A DNA stretch of 64,000 bases from Octopus bimaculoides (taxonomy: Eukaryota). Positions 36,296 to 46,550 of this stretch are shown piece after piece. Position 1 is the first letter of the stretch. Each line of letters begins with the position of its first letter. Location of the stretch: contig NC_068985.1 of assembly GCF_001194135.2 (NCBI RefSeq), forward strand, positions 19,800,132 to 19,864,131, written 5' to 3'. The notes beneath the pieces were generated by a model, which saw only the letters and a program-made list of their open reading frames with translations, searched no databases and was not told where the DNA came from. Position numbers and translations under genes: made by a program.

Positions 36296-38270
36296 GGTTC
36301 ATCAAACTTTCAATAGTTTCACATAATAACATTTATGATGATCTTGACTCAACTACAATTCTTAAATTAAAAAATAAAGACAAATAAAACTAAATGGAAA
36401 ATACTAAATCCCAAATGGCCAAGTGGTTAAGCTGATCACTTAAAAAGACCTTGATAGCAGGTTCAATATATTGCATGACACCTTGGGAAAGTGTCTTTCT
36501 ATCATAGCCTTAAGTTGACTAATCAGCTGTGACGGAAATTTAGGAGACAAAAACTGCGTGGAAGCCTGCCGTATGTATGTACATATTGTATGCTTATGCA
36601 TGTGTGTATATATACATATATCTATAGATATATGGTGGACCCTCCTGTTGTAAATGACAGATGAGGTTTCCACAACTTCTTGCTGAACAATCTCCACGGA
36701 TGGTTTGTTTATAATGATCAAATGTTTGTACTGTACATTAGCTCACCCAGCTCTCTCAGATCAACATTGCCTGTACAGGTGCACAGTGTGCCATGTCATA
36801 CGTGGATGTGATTGCAGAGCAATGTGAGACAAAGTAATTTTCTCAAGAAGTCAATGCACTGTTCGCTACCAGTCTGGGAATCAAACCCACAATCTTTCAA
36901 TGCAATCATGAGTGCAATACCCTACAGCTAGGCCACCGTGCCTCACCATATGTGTGTATGTGTATGTGTGTGTGTGTGTGTGTATGTGTGTGTGTGTTAA
37001 AGAGAGTGAAAAAGAGTATGTGTATCTTTCAATGGTGTACATAGGAAAGGAGGATATAAGTCTCTGTGAGCAAAAATTCATGATATTTACTTCTAATTCT
37101 TACCACCAGAAATGTCTGGTACCAGATATTGTCCTGTTAAAAACACATGTAACACTAATGTTCACCATTACAACATAAAATAAATGAATAAATAAATACC
37201 ACTGAGAGAAAATTAAATGAATCTTAACTCTGCCATATATTCTAATCAGTATTTACTACTTGTTAACAGGAAGGAATTTCAACAGCTCCTTTATAGGATC
37301 CAGTTAGCTGAAGACATCATCAGGAGGAACCACGTCTGGTTTCGGCCCCTACTCCTCTACCGTTTTGACGTGGCGGGGCCCCTCCTTTCGGAGGTGTCTT
37401 CAGCTCTGGTGTTGGGTGCATGTCTTCTTTCTTCTATTCCCTGGCCTCTTCGATGCAGCATCAACAAATGATGTTTTACCCATTCTTTTCTAAATGTGTT
37501 ATTATTGATGCTGTATTTGTTATAATAAAGAAATTGTTATTGTTGTTGTTCTGCTTGTTTGTATCTATAGAATGAGAGGAGCCAATTAAACGTTTAGGAT
37601 GAAAACAAAAATTCATCATGCCTAATCGTAATCATTATCCGTTAACGTCCATTTTTTCCATGCTGGCATGGGTTGGACAGTTTGACAGGATCTGGTAAGC
37701 CAGAGAGCAGTACTGTGCTCCATATCAGCATTGGTATGGTTTCTATGGCTGGATGCCTTTCCTTGTGCCAACAACTTTACAGTATGTACTGGGTGTTTTT
37801 TTTGGTTTTTTTCATGCCACCCCAACACTAGTGGAATTGTCAAGCAACTTGCAAAATAAGAAAGAACATAAAAAAGGGTAAGGGGAAAAGTCCTCTCAAT
37901 TAAGTAGGGGAGTATACAAAATGTATTCAGGGAAGATTCCTCAGTGTGCAGGTATGATCTCTGAATATTTAAGACTAAAAATATGTAATCCCTTCTGTGA
38001 AAATGTTAAAGTGTTTCTTGTGGGGAATTTAAGCTATTGCATCAAGCAAAATGAATGCCTTAGGAAAGCTCCCTAGATAGCAGTGCTAGATTAACGATTC
38101 AGTAAAATAAGGACATGCTTAGGGCATCAAGGGAAAGGATGCAGCAATTAAATGGAAAATGGTTTATGGTACAAAAGAAATCAATTTAAACTTGCTAAAA
38201 TAATATTCAAAGGTGTTTATATAGGCGCAGGAGTGGCTGTGTGGTAAGTAGCTTGCTTACCAACCACATG

Positions 38271-38976
38271 GATACTGGTAGAATGTGTCATATAAAACAT
38301 CTTTTTCTCTTAGCCTTCTTAACAAAAAATTGTACATCGCAAGTTATTTCATGTTAAAGTTGTCGTATTTCTGTAATTTCAACCAATCACTGACGTCTAT
38401 TCAGCTGAATACAGTTACTGCTGTTTTTGTAAACAATAATTTTTGCTGGTGTCAAGAGTGTTATTCCCTGTTTAATTATTCCCTAGTAAGGGTTTAGGGT
38501 TAGGGTTCGGGTTTTAGGGTTAGGGTTATGGTTATGAGTTATAGGGTGTTAGGGTTATGAGTGAGGTTATGGCAAAAATAATCATAACCCTAACTCTAAA
38601 ACCCGAACCCTAACCCTAAAACCCTAAAGCTAAAACCAGTACAAACGCACGAAGGATGTCATAAATAAAAGTACCACCGATAGTTGTTGACAAACTACGT
38701 CACTAATTTTATTCAAGGGAAAAGATCCCATGACACCGTTAGACCATGTTGTTTACATTCCACGGCAGTTTATTGTTTTCACCTCAATAGACGTCAGTGA
38801 TTGGTTGAAATTACCGAAATACGACAATTTTTTACATGAAATAACTTCGAATACAAACATTTTATCTGTTCTATAACACAAAATATACAAGTATACGAAG
38901 TTTGAAAGTGTTTCGGTACCAAAAACACTACATAAAACAAAAATGATAAGTGTTGCCCGTCAAATCAGAAAGATCC
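38271..38976. mobile_element. TIR element (left end lost) with about 60-bp subterminal inverted repeats and a central inverted (TTAGGG)n/(CCCTAA)n array
   Basis: IR 38341-38401 / 38786-38847; telomeric core 38489-38630; right end ...AAGATCC; homologous to 43214-43822. Confidence 0.8.
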
Positions 38977-38978
38977 TC

Positions 38979-39919
38979 NNNNNNNNNNNNNNNNNNNNNN
39001 NNNNNNNNNNNNNNNNNNNNNNNNNNNNNNNNNNNNNNNNNNNNNNNNNNNNNNNNNNNNNNNNNNNNNNNNNNNNNNNNNNNNNNNNNNNNNNNNNNNN
39101 NNNNNNNNNNNNNNNNNNNNNNNNNNNNNNNNNNNNNNNNNNNNNNNNNNNNNNNNNNNNNNNNNNNNNNNNNNNNNNNNNNNNNNNNNNNNNNNNNNNN
39201 NNNNNNNNNNNNNNNNNNNNNNNNNNNNNNNNNNNNNNNNNNNNNNNNNNNNNNNNNNNNNNNNNNNNNNNNNNNNNNNNNNNNNNNNNNNNNNNNNNNN
39301 NNNNNNNNNNNNNNNNNNNNNNNNNNNNNNNNNNNNNNNNNNNNNNNNNNNNNNNNNNNNNNNNNNNNNNNNNNNNNNNNNNNNNNNNNNNNNNNNNNNN
39401 NNNNNNNNNNNNNNNNNNNNNNNNNNNNNNNNNNNNNNNNNNNNNNNNNNNNNNNNNNNNNNNNNNNNNNNNNNNNNNNNNNNNNNNNNNNNNNNNNNNN
39501 NNNNNNNNNNNNNNNNNNNNNNNNNNNNNNNNNNNNNNNNNNNNNNNNNNNNNNNNNNNNNNNNNNNNNNNNNNNNNNNNNNNNNNNNNNNNNNNNNNNN
39601 NNNNNNNNNNNNNNNNNNNNNNNNNNNNNNNNNNNNNNNNNNNNNNNNNNNNNNNNNNNNNNNNNNNNNNNNNNNNNNNNNNNNNNNNNNNNNNNNNNNN
39701 NNNNNNNNNNNNNNNNNNNNNNNNNNNNNNNNNNNNNNNNNNNNNNNNNNNNNNNNNNNNNNNNNNNNNNNNNNNNNNNNNNNNNNNNNNNNNNNNNNNN
39801 NNNNNNNNNNNNNNNNNNNNNNNNNNNNNNNNNNNNNNNNNNNNNNNNNNNNNNNNNNNNNNNNNNNNNNNNNNNNNNNNNNNNNNNNNNNNNNNNNNNN
39901 NNNNNNNNNNNNNNNNNNN
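38979..39919. other. Assembly gap (N run)
   Basis: N characters. Confidence 1.
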
Positions 39920-39960
39920 TTTAAACACATAAACACACTATACGATCATGTAATCAGTAT

Positions 39961-40094
39961 AGGGAGGAGATACGCCACTGTGGAGGTGCGCTTCACAACG
40001 GAGGAGGAAGCAATAAAGCACTCCACCAAGGCAATAAGGACAGAGGAATGGGTGGCCAAGGTGCGAGTGAGTAAGGTGCCATCCGAACTGAAAC
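39961..40094 (+). mobile_element. GC-rich fragment, probably LINE ORF1, between 41-bp direct repeats
   Basis: stop-free GRRYATVEVRFTTEEEAIKHSTKAIRTEEWVAKVRVSKVPSELK; the family assignment is from recollection only. Confidence 0.4.
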
Positions 40095-40420
40095 TTTAAA
40101 CACATAAACACACTATACGATCATGTAATCAGTATGCGTGCGCGCAACCACCGGAAGTTGTTGCGTACAAGTACCGAAAGATCGCCGTCCTTGAACAAGA
40201 CATTATTTCACGTTGACCCAGCCACTCAGCTGGCAAAAATGAGTAGTAACAGCTTTGGCTTATTCTGTGCCATGCTGAATCTCCCTGTTAAGGGTACGTG
40301 TGTCTGTGGAGCGCTCAGCCACTTGTATGTTAATTTCACTAGCCAGCTCTCCCGTTGATCGGATCAACTGAAAACCTTGACGGAGTGCCAGCTATTTCTA
40401 ACAATAGTTGCTATATTACT

Positions 40421-41006
40421 GAATTGCAAGAAAGAGACCTGCCTCACACTTATTTATGTGGCTTTTGCAGCAAATTTACCCTGAGATTGAGTCCATAATA
40501 TCATCAGAAATTCCATATATCACAAATGAGTGAGAGCTTTATGAAATTGCAAAATCGAACATAGTTTATCATATTTGTAATTACCCCAACTCAATTGCTC
40601 CTTGCATGAAAGACAAGTGTACGAAATATTATCTCAAGAATTTCATTTATGAAACGAAAACTGGTGACGATGTATATTCATCATACAAAAAAAAGAAAAA
40701 CACAAGATGGAGATTTTGAAACAAACATTGGTCAGCTTGTAATTAGCAATCAAATGGATGGTGTCTCATTTAAACTCTTTTACTCTCCGACATTCAATGC
40801 TAACATATACGTAGAATACTGTAATTCCAAATCAATCGAGTACATTCTAACGCTGTAATGTTCAATCTCCAACAGACAATTCAAAATACAGTAACACGGT
40901 TCCAGATGGGGCGATATATTTGTAGCTATGAGGCTTTTTGGAGAATATTTAGTTTCACCTTATTCATGAACGAGATCCTCCAGTACAACATCTGGCTTTT
41001 CATTTC
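40421..41006 (+). mobile_element. Helitron Rep/helicase pseudogene fragment (Rep HUH region)
   Basis: frameshifted peptides ELQERDLPH, ISSEIP, PCMKDKCTKYY, KTGDDVYSSYKKRK, FNANIYVEYCNSKSIEYI, FQMGRYICSYEAFWRIFSF, IHERDPPVQHLAFH are collinear with Helitron RepHel motifs. Confidence 0.85.
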
Positions 41007-41600
41007 GGGAATAGATAAAGAATATCTTTAACTGTAGAAACTAGTGCTCACCAATTCTCAATTCCAAAGGAAACTACATTAATAGATCTTTTCAGACCTA
41101 GCCAAAAAGACTCTTTCACTGAAACATTGTACTAACAGTTCCAATATCCAGGGCTCACCCTGAAAGAGGACCCTCTCCCTGGACGTTTTCTACTGCTGTC
41201 TGTCTCTGGCCAGTCTATATTTGTTCTCCTTGATGGTTCTTATGATGTCGTTGACTCTCGAGTGCAATCGAATCTGGGCATTCCGAAACAGTCAGGTGAT
41301 AGGTACTTCTTTTCTTCCCCGCCCCAAGAACATTTTCCTCAACTTTGAACCGATTGTAATTGAGGTTGCTGATAAATATCTGGATAATTCTTGGTGTTTA
41401 ATAATCCATATTCTTTTTTCTTTCGGATTCCAAGTCAATTTTTCCCCACACTAATGTCTAATTTGATAATTTTCAAGTTTCAAAAAATGGGGTAAAATGA
41501 GTAATGAATTGTTCCAATAATTTCTTCTCATTGACTGCATGGTGTATAAATATATCCCGAACAGACAAGCTCCAGCAGATCATTAAGAAGCTATATAGAA

Positions 41601-41764
41601 TATTTAGTAAATTTTCAGATTAACATCCGCACGATTTTCACTAGGGGGTTAGGGTTACGGTTAGGGACGGAATTCCCTAACCGTAACCGTAACCCTAACC
41701 CTGACCCTAAAACCCTAACCGTAGTGAAAATCGTGCCGGTGTTAATCTGAAAATTTACCGAATA
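41601..41764. mobile_element. 164-bp palindromic MITE with about 43-bp TIRs and an inverted telomere-like core
   Basis: (C/T)(G/A)GTAAATTTTCAGATTAACA...TGTTAATCTGAAAATTTACCG; core of GGTTAGGGTTAC and CCCTAACC repeats. Confidence 0.85.
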
Positions 41765-42097
41765 TCTTATGTTGAGTTTTTAGATTTAGTAGAGTTTCCT
41801 TAATTTCATGTCATTTTCCCCTGATCTTCTTTCATTTGACTTAGATGTTAAATTTTTTTTCCTTTTCTGATCTTGATGTCTGGGGATGGATATTGATGTA
41901 TGAGTTTGTGTTTCGGAGAATTGAAGCGGCAAATTTACCTTATCTTAGTTCATTTTGCCCCAGCCAAATTTGTCTTGTATATGCTCAAAGAGAACGGCGA
42001 TAATTTTCAGAAATAGTGATCAGGTTATGTTATAATACTTTTAATGCATTTAAGGATGGCCATTTGCTTAGCTGACAGTTTTTGTAAGGTAGTGAAC

Positions 42098-42137
<40 letters not shown>

Positions 42138-42227
42138 TTAAAAAATACAGTAAAAGCTCCTCGTCCCCACCACCGGGTTCAAATATAAATTTCGATTCTA
42201 CACAAAAAATAGTAATAGGGTTAGTGT

Positions 42228-42365
42228 AAAGATTGGAGGTTCGGATTTACGATTAGGATTTAGGTTTTATAATAAGTTAAGGGCTAGTTTTTAGGTAAGT
42301 GCTTGGGGTTAAAATTTAAGGTTGGGATTTGTTGTTAGTACTTAAGATTAGGGTTTCGGGTTATT
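42228..42365 (+). repeat. Degenerate telomere-like (TTAGGG/TTAGG) tract
   Basis: GGGGTTAG, ATTAGG, TTTAGG, TTAAGGG, GGGGTTAA, ATTAGGG units. Confidence 0.5.
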
Positions 42366-42580
42366 GTTTCAACAAAAATTAGGGGATCGAAAAGATTTGA
42401 ATTTGTGAAATATTTTTTTGCAGGATCGAACTTGCATATGTTTAAAAGAGGAGTGGCTGTGTGGTAAGTAGTTTGCTTACCAATCACATGGTTCCGGGTT
42501 CATTCCCACTGCGTGGCAACTTTGGCACTTTGTGAGTGGATTTGGTAGACGGAAACTGAAAGAAGCCTGTCGTATATATG

Positions 42581-42627
<47 letters not shown>

Positions 42628-43213
42628 TTGTCCCCCCCTCCCATCGCTTGACAACCGATGGTGGTGTGTTTACGTCCCCGTAACTTAGCGGTTCGGCAAA
42701 AGAGACCGATAGAATAAGTACTAGGCTTCCAAAGAATAAGTCCTGGGGTCGATTTCCTCGACTAAATGCGGTGCTCTAGCATGGCCGCAGTCAAATGACT
42801 GAAACAAGAGAAAACAAAAAAGAAAAGAAAAAAACAAAACAATACGTAGTGTACTTAATCCGAAACTTGAGTGTCCCCCCCCCTACCTCCACCAAAGGTT
42901 TACGGTAAATTTGGTCCAAATTTACCGGGTTTACTTATCTAGTTATATAAGTTACATAAATTGCTTTGCGACGCTATCGTTAATTTTCCTGCAATGTCCG
43001 GTATTTCAGCTAGCATAATACAGTATGTATGAATATTAGGAGCACCATCCCATTAACTGTTTATTAAAATTGGCAAAATAAATGAAAATAGTTCTGATAT
43101 CTGGTGATTAATACCTGCAAAAAGTCCCATGTTATTGATATCTATTTTACCGGCTGTGGATGGATTGATTGATAAATTTGATTGCAGCAGAAACTGAGCT
43201 CAGAATAGAACGC

Positions 43214-43822
43214 GGATCTTGTTCAAAACGGGGGCACCAGTATTTTCTTAACGAAACACTCTGAAACTTGGGACACTGGTAGAATGTGTCATATAAAACA
43301 TCTTTTTCTCTTAGTCTTCTTAACAAAAAAAAACGTACATCGCAAGTTATTTCATGTTAAAGTTGTCGTATTTCTGTAATTTCAACCAATCACTGACGTC
43401 CATTCAGCCGAAAACATTAAGTGCTGACTACGTAAACAAACGATTCTGGCGGTGATAAAATTATTATTTCCTTGTCAAAAAATGGCTGAAGCATATTGGG
43501 TTAGGGTTAGGGTTAGGCAGTAGCTAATAAACCTTTCATACAGTTCAGGCAGATGTTAACGAAATTATAAATGGAGATTAAATACGCTTTACACCGCTTA
43601 AACTGCCAAAGGAGTAAGTATAAACAGCTGAATACTTGTCAGTGATTGGTTGAAATTATCGAAATAAGACAATTTTTTACATGAAATAAATTCGAATACA
43701 AAATTTTTTTTCTGTTCTATAACACAAAATAGATAAGTATACGAAGTTTGAAAGTCTTTCGGTACCAAAAACACTACATAAAACATTAATGAAAACTGGT
43801 GACCCCGTTTTGAACAAGATCC
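43214..43822. mobile_element. Complete 609-bp non-autonomous DNA transposon with about 35-bp TIRs (GGATCTTGTTCAAAACGGGG...), an 8-bp TSD TAGAACGC and a central (TTAGGG)3
   Basis: TSD at 43206-43213 and 43823-43830; GG...CC termini. Confidence 0.92.
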
Positions 43823-43885
43823 TAGAACGCACCAAACCTTTGGATATTGTGCAACATTTTGTCCTCTTATCTATCCACTAATTAT

Positions 43886-44256
43886 TGGCATACCTACACA
43901 AACGCGCCCCACCAACTTTGTTTCTTCATTACCCTAAAAAAAAATAATAAATAATAATATTCTACAAATACCTTTCAGTTGGTTTAGAATGCGATTATAG
44001 TGGAAATTAATGAGGGAAAAAAAATTGGTGGGCACGTATGAATACATACTAGCACACATAAAAACAGTTTTTTTCAAAAGTTTCATTCTCTGTGTATAAT
44101 TGTCAATATGTATATGTGCGCGCCCACCTAATTTCTTTTCACATTAAATCCCAATATAATTGTAATCTACACCATCTGATGGTATATGTAGAAAATTTCA
44201 TCAACAAATCTGAAACAAAGTTAATGGGGTGGGGGCATATTTGTGTAGGTATGCCT
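43886..44256. mobile_element. Composite fold-back element with nested inverted repeats around a GCGCCCACC motif
   Basis: outer IR GGCATACCTACACAAA / TTTGTGTAGGTATGCC; inner IRs at about 44020-44050 and 44105-44135. Confidence 0.6.
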
Positions 44257-44907
44257 AATCATGTTCAAATAAAGTGGCACGGTGGTAGAAATGGTAAGCT
44301 TTAAAAATGCTTTTCTACATTTAGCTTTATTCTCTTATAATTGGTGTTCAAATCCCATTTGGAATGTGATTACAAGGCATAGACAGATAAATTCAATATA
44401 ATCCCTAATAAAATTTGGACTTGTGTCAATAAAATATATCATTAAAGCGATGCTATGACAGAATCGTTAGAGCGTTGGAAAATAACTTGCCATATTTATT
44501 CTGTCTCTTTACGTTCTGGGTTCAACTCGTGCTGATGTCAACTTTGCCGTTAACTTCATAGAGGTCAATAAAATGAAATACTAATGTATTGTTGATATCT
44601 ATATAATCGACCAATCATCTCCCAGCGAAACTACTGGTCTTGGACCTATGTTAGAAAAAACTATATTTAAGTTAGATTAAATATGGGCAATGTATTTTTA
44701 TGTATCAAAAAATCTTAATTAGTTGAATGACATCGTGTAGATAAACAAAACATAACAAATAAGTAGATATTAGAAAGAAAGAAAAAAGTTTATTAAAAAA
44801 TTTATCTACTTTCTAAGCGACAACAAATAAGTGATTGTGTCACACACTCCAATCTGGTGTAAAACCTGGCTCAGTTTGGAAAGCATGCAAACTGATTTCA
44901 CATAATC

Positions 44908-44939
44908 ATGAGAAGAAGAATGGATCCCGAAATCCGCAG
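44908..44939 (+). CDS. Candidate start-codon exon of the MAP2K (MRRRMDPEIR+R)
   Basis: atcATG with an in-frame upstream TGA; CAG|gtttgt donor in phase 2, matching the phase-2 acceptor at 49559; gives a 321-aa protein. Confidence 0.45.
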
Positions 44940-45535
44940 GTTTGTATTCATAATATATATTTCCGTATTGATGTTCAGTAAAAGCCAGCAAACTAACTTT
45001 TATTGTATATAATTAAATAAATAACGCAAAATTAAAATGATCATAACTTTTAAAAGTATCTTAATTCTTTACGATCCTTTAAGAATGACATAACAAGAGC
45101 GGGATACACTCTGAATTAATCGTACATAATTTTGCTTTAATTAATTGATCGATTAGTTAATTATTCTTTTTTAGTAGAATTTATTAAAATTAAATGAAGA
45201 TCTAATACTTCCGTAAAGTACCGACATAATTATTAACGTGCAGTTAGTGCGAGCCGAGTTGATTTATTTATTTTATATTTAATCAGTGAAAAGAAACAAA
45301 GTAAGTTACATTTATTCAATATCAAATGAATTAGTTTTTAAAATGTTGCATCGTTTCTTATCTTCTCCTGTCACTTATCAAATTAATTTAAGAATTTTAT
45401 TCTTTATAAGTTCTTTACTTTTGCATGTAGTAGGATTGGTGATAACTTTCTATCCGGTTATTGCATTAACTGGTGCCTGTCCAGGATAAAACTCGTTTTA
45501 TTTTCAAGGATATAGGAAATATATATATATATATA

Positions 45536-45689
45536 NNNNNNNNNNNNNNNNNNNNNNNNNNNNNNNNNNNNNNNNNNNNNNNNNNNNNNNNNNNNNNNNN
45601 NNNNNNNNNNNNNNNNNNNNNNNNNNNNNNNNNNNNNNNNNNNNNNNNNNNNNNNNNNNNNNNNNNNNNNNNNNNNNNNNNNNNNNNNN
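45536..45689. other. Assembly gap (N run)
   Basis: N characters. Confidence 1.
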
Positions 45690-46199
45690 AAATCTTGTTT
45701 AAGTCATTGTACTGCGACCATGATGAGGAACCGCCTTGAAGGGTTTTACTCGAACGGAAACTGAAAGAAGCCCGTCGTATATATATGCATATATTTGTGT
45801 CTGTGTTTGTACCCCCCCACCCCCATCCACCATCGCTTGACAACCGATGTTGGTGTGTTTATGTCTCTGTAACTTAGCGGTTCGGCAAAGAGACCGATAG
45901 AATAAGTACTAGGTTTACAAAGGATAAGTCCAGTGGTCGATTTCTTCGACAAAATGACTGAAACAAGTAAAAGAATATATATATATATATATGAGAGGGA
46001 GAGGGAGAATGTTATGGCTGGTTCATAGTGTTACCCAGTATTTTGCGTCCATAAAGCGCTTAGATTTGCACATCTCATCAGACCCTAACGGCTGATGGCC
46101 TATAATCTTTCTTCAAAAGAAAAAACAAAGCCCTACAAACAGGCCATTACTAACTGTTCTATGCTTTTCTTTCGAATTTATGATTTACTGAGGATCTAT

Positions 46200-46550
46200 G
46201 TTTATTTCTTTATATTATGTGTGTCCGTTGAGATGTAGAAATACTCAGGTTGGTATCCGAGGGCGCAGTAAGCCTGTTGGAAGTTAGGGACCCCTGGTCT
46301 TTGTCTAGGCATTCCTCTATGAGAAGGCCAACTCGTAAATAAAATCCCCTGCTCTACTAAGCCGGACATTTTGCACTTTGCTTGTCTCTGGGCTTTTTTT
46401 TGTCATCGCGGTGTTTTTCCAAGCCATACTCAACTTAGAACCCTTACATGGCTATTACCGACGCTTGACACTTGTCCTCGATCGTCATGCTCGTCTAACG
46501 CATAGACAACCATCGTGTTGGTGCGTGTGGAATTAAAAACTGTTTTAAAG
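46200..46550 (+). promoter_or_regulatory. CpG-retaining island ending in a possible donor (AAG|gtatat); candidate promoter or non-coding first exon
   Basis: visibly many CG dinucleotides compared with the nearby introns; no ORF compatible with the MAP2K frame. Confidence 0.3.

Noticed and set aside
38489-38630. Ancient chromosome end-to-end fusion site
   Set aside because: The array is short and forms the symmetric centre of a transposon with a relative at 43214.
38943-39936. Long ORFs in the track (also 851-1178, 45466-45843, 57644-58672)
   Set aside because: They are runs of X produced by N gaps.
40136-40157. NRF1-like GCGTGCGCGCA and ETS CCGGAAGT motifs
   Set aside because: They lie at a junction between repeat fragments, more than 4 kb from any gene start, with no supporting evidence.
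41030-41450. Minus-strand LTWNPKEKRIW resembling a Helitron motif
   Set aside because: It is on the opposite strand to the Rep fragment, with no further collinear motifs.
44806-44991. Minus-strand ORF (YEYKPADFG...)
   Set aside because: No recognisable family or convincing splice sites; the plus strand offers a better explanation as the MAP2K start exon.
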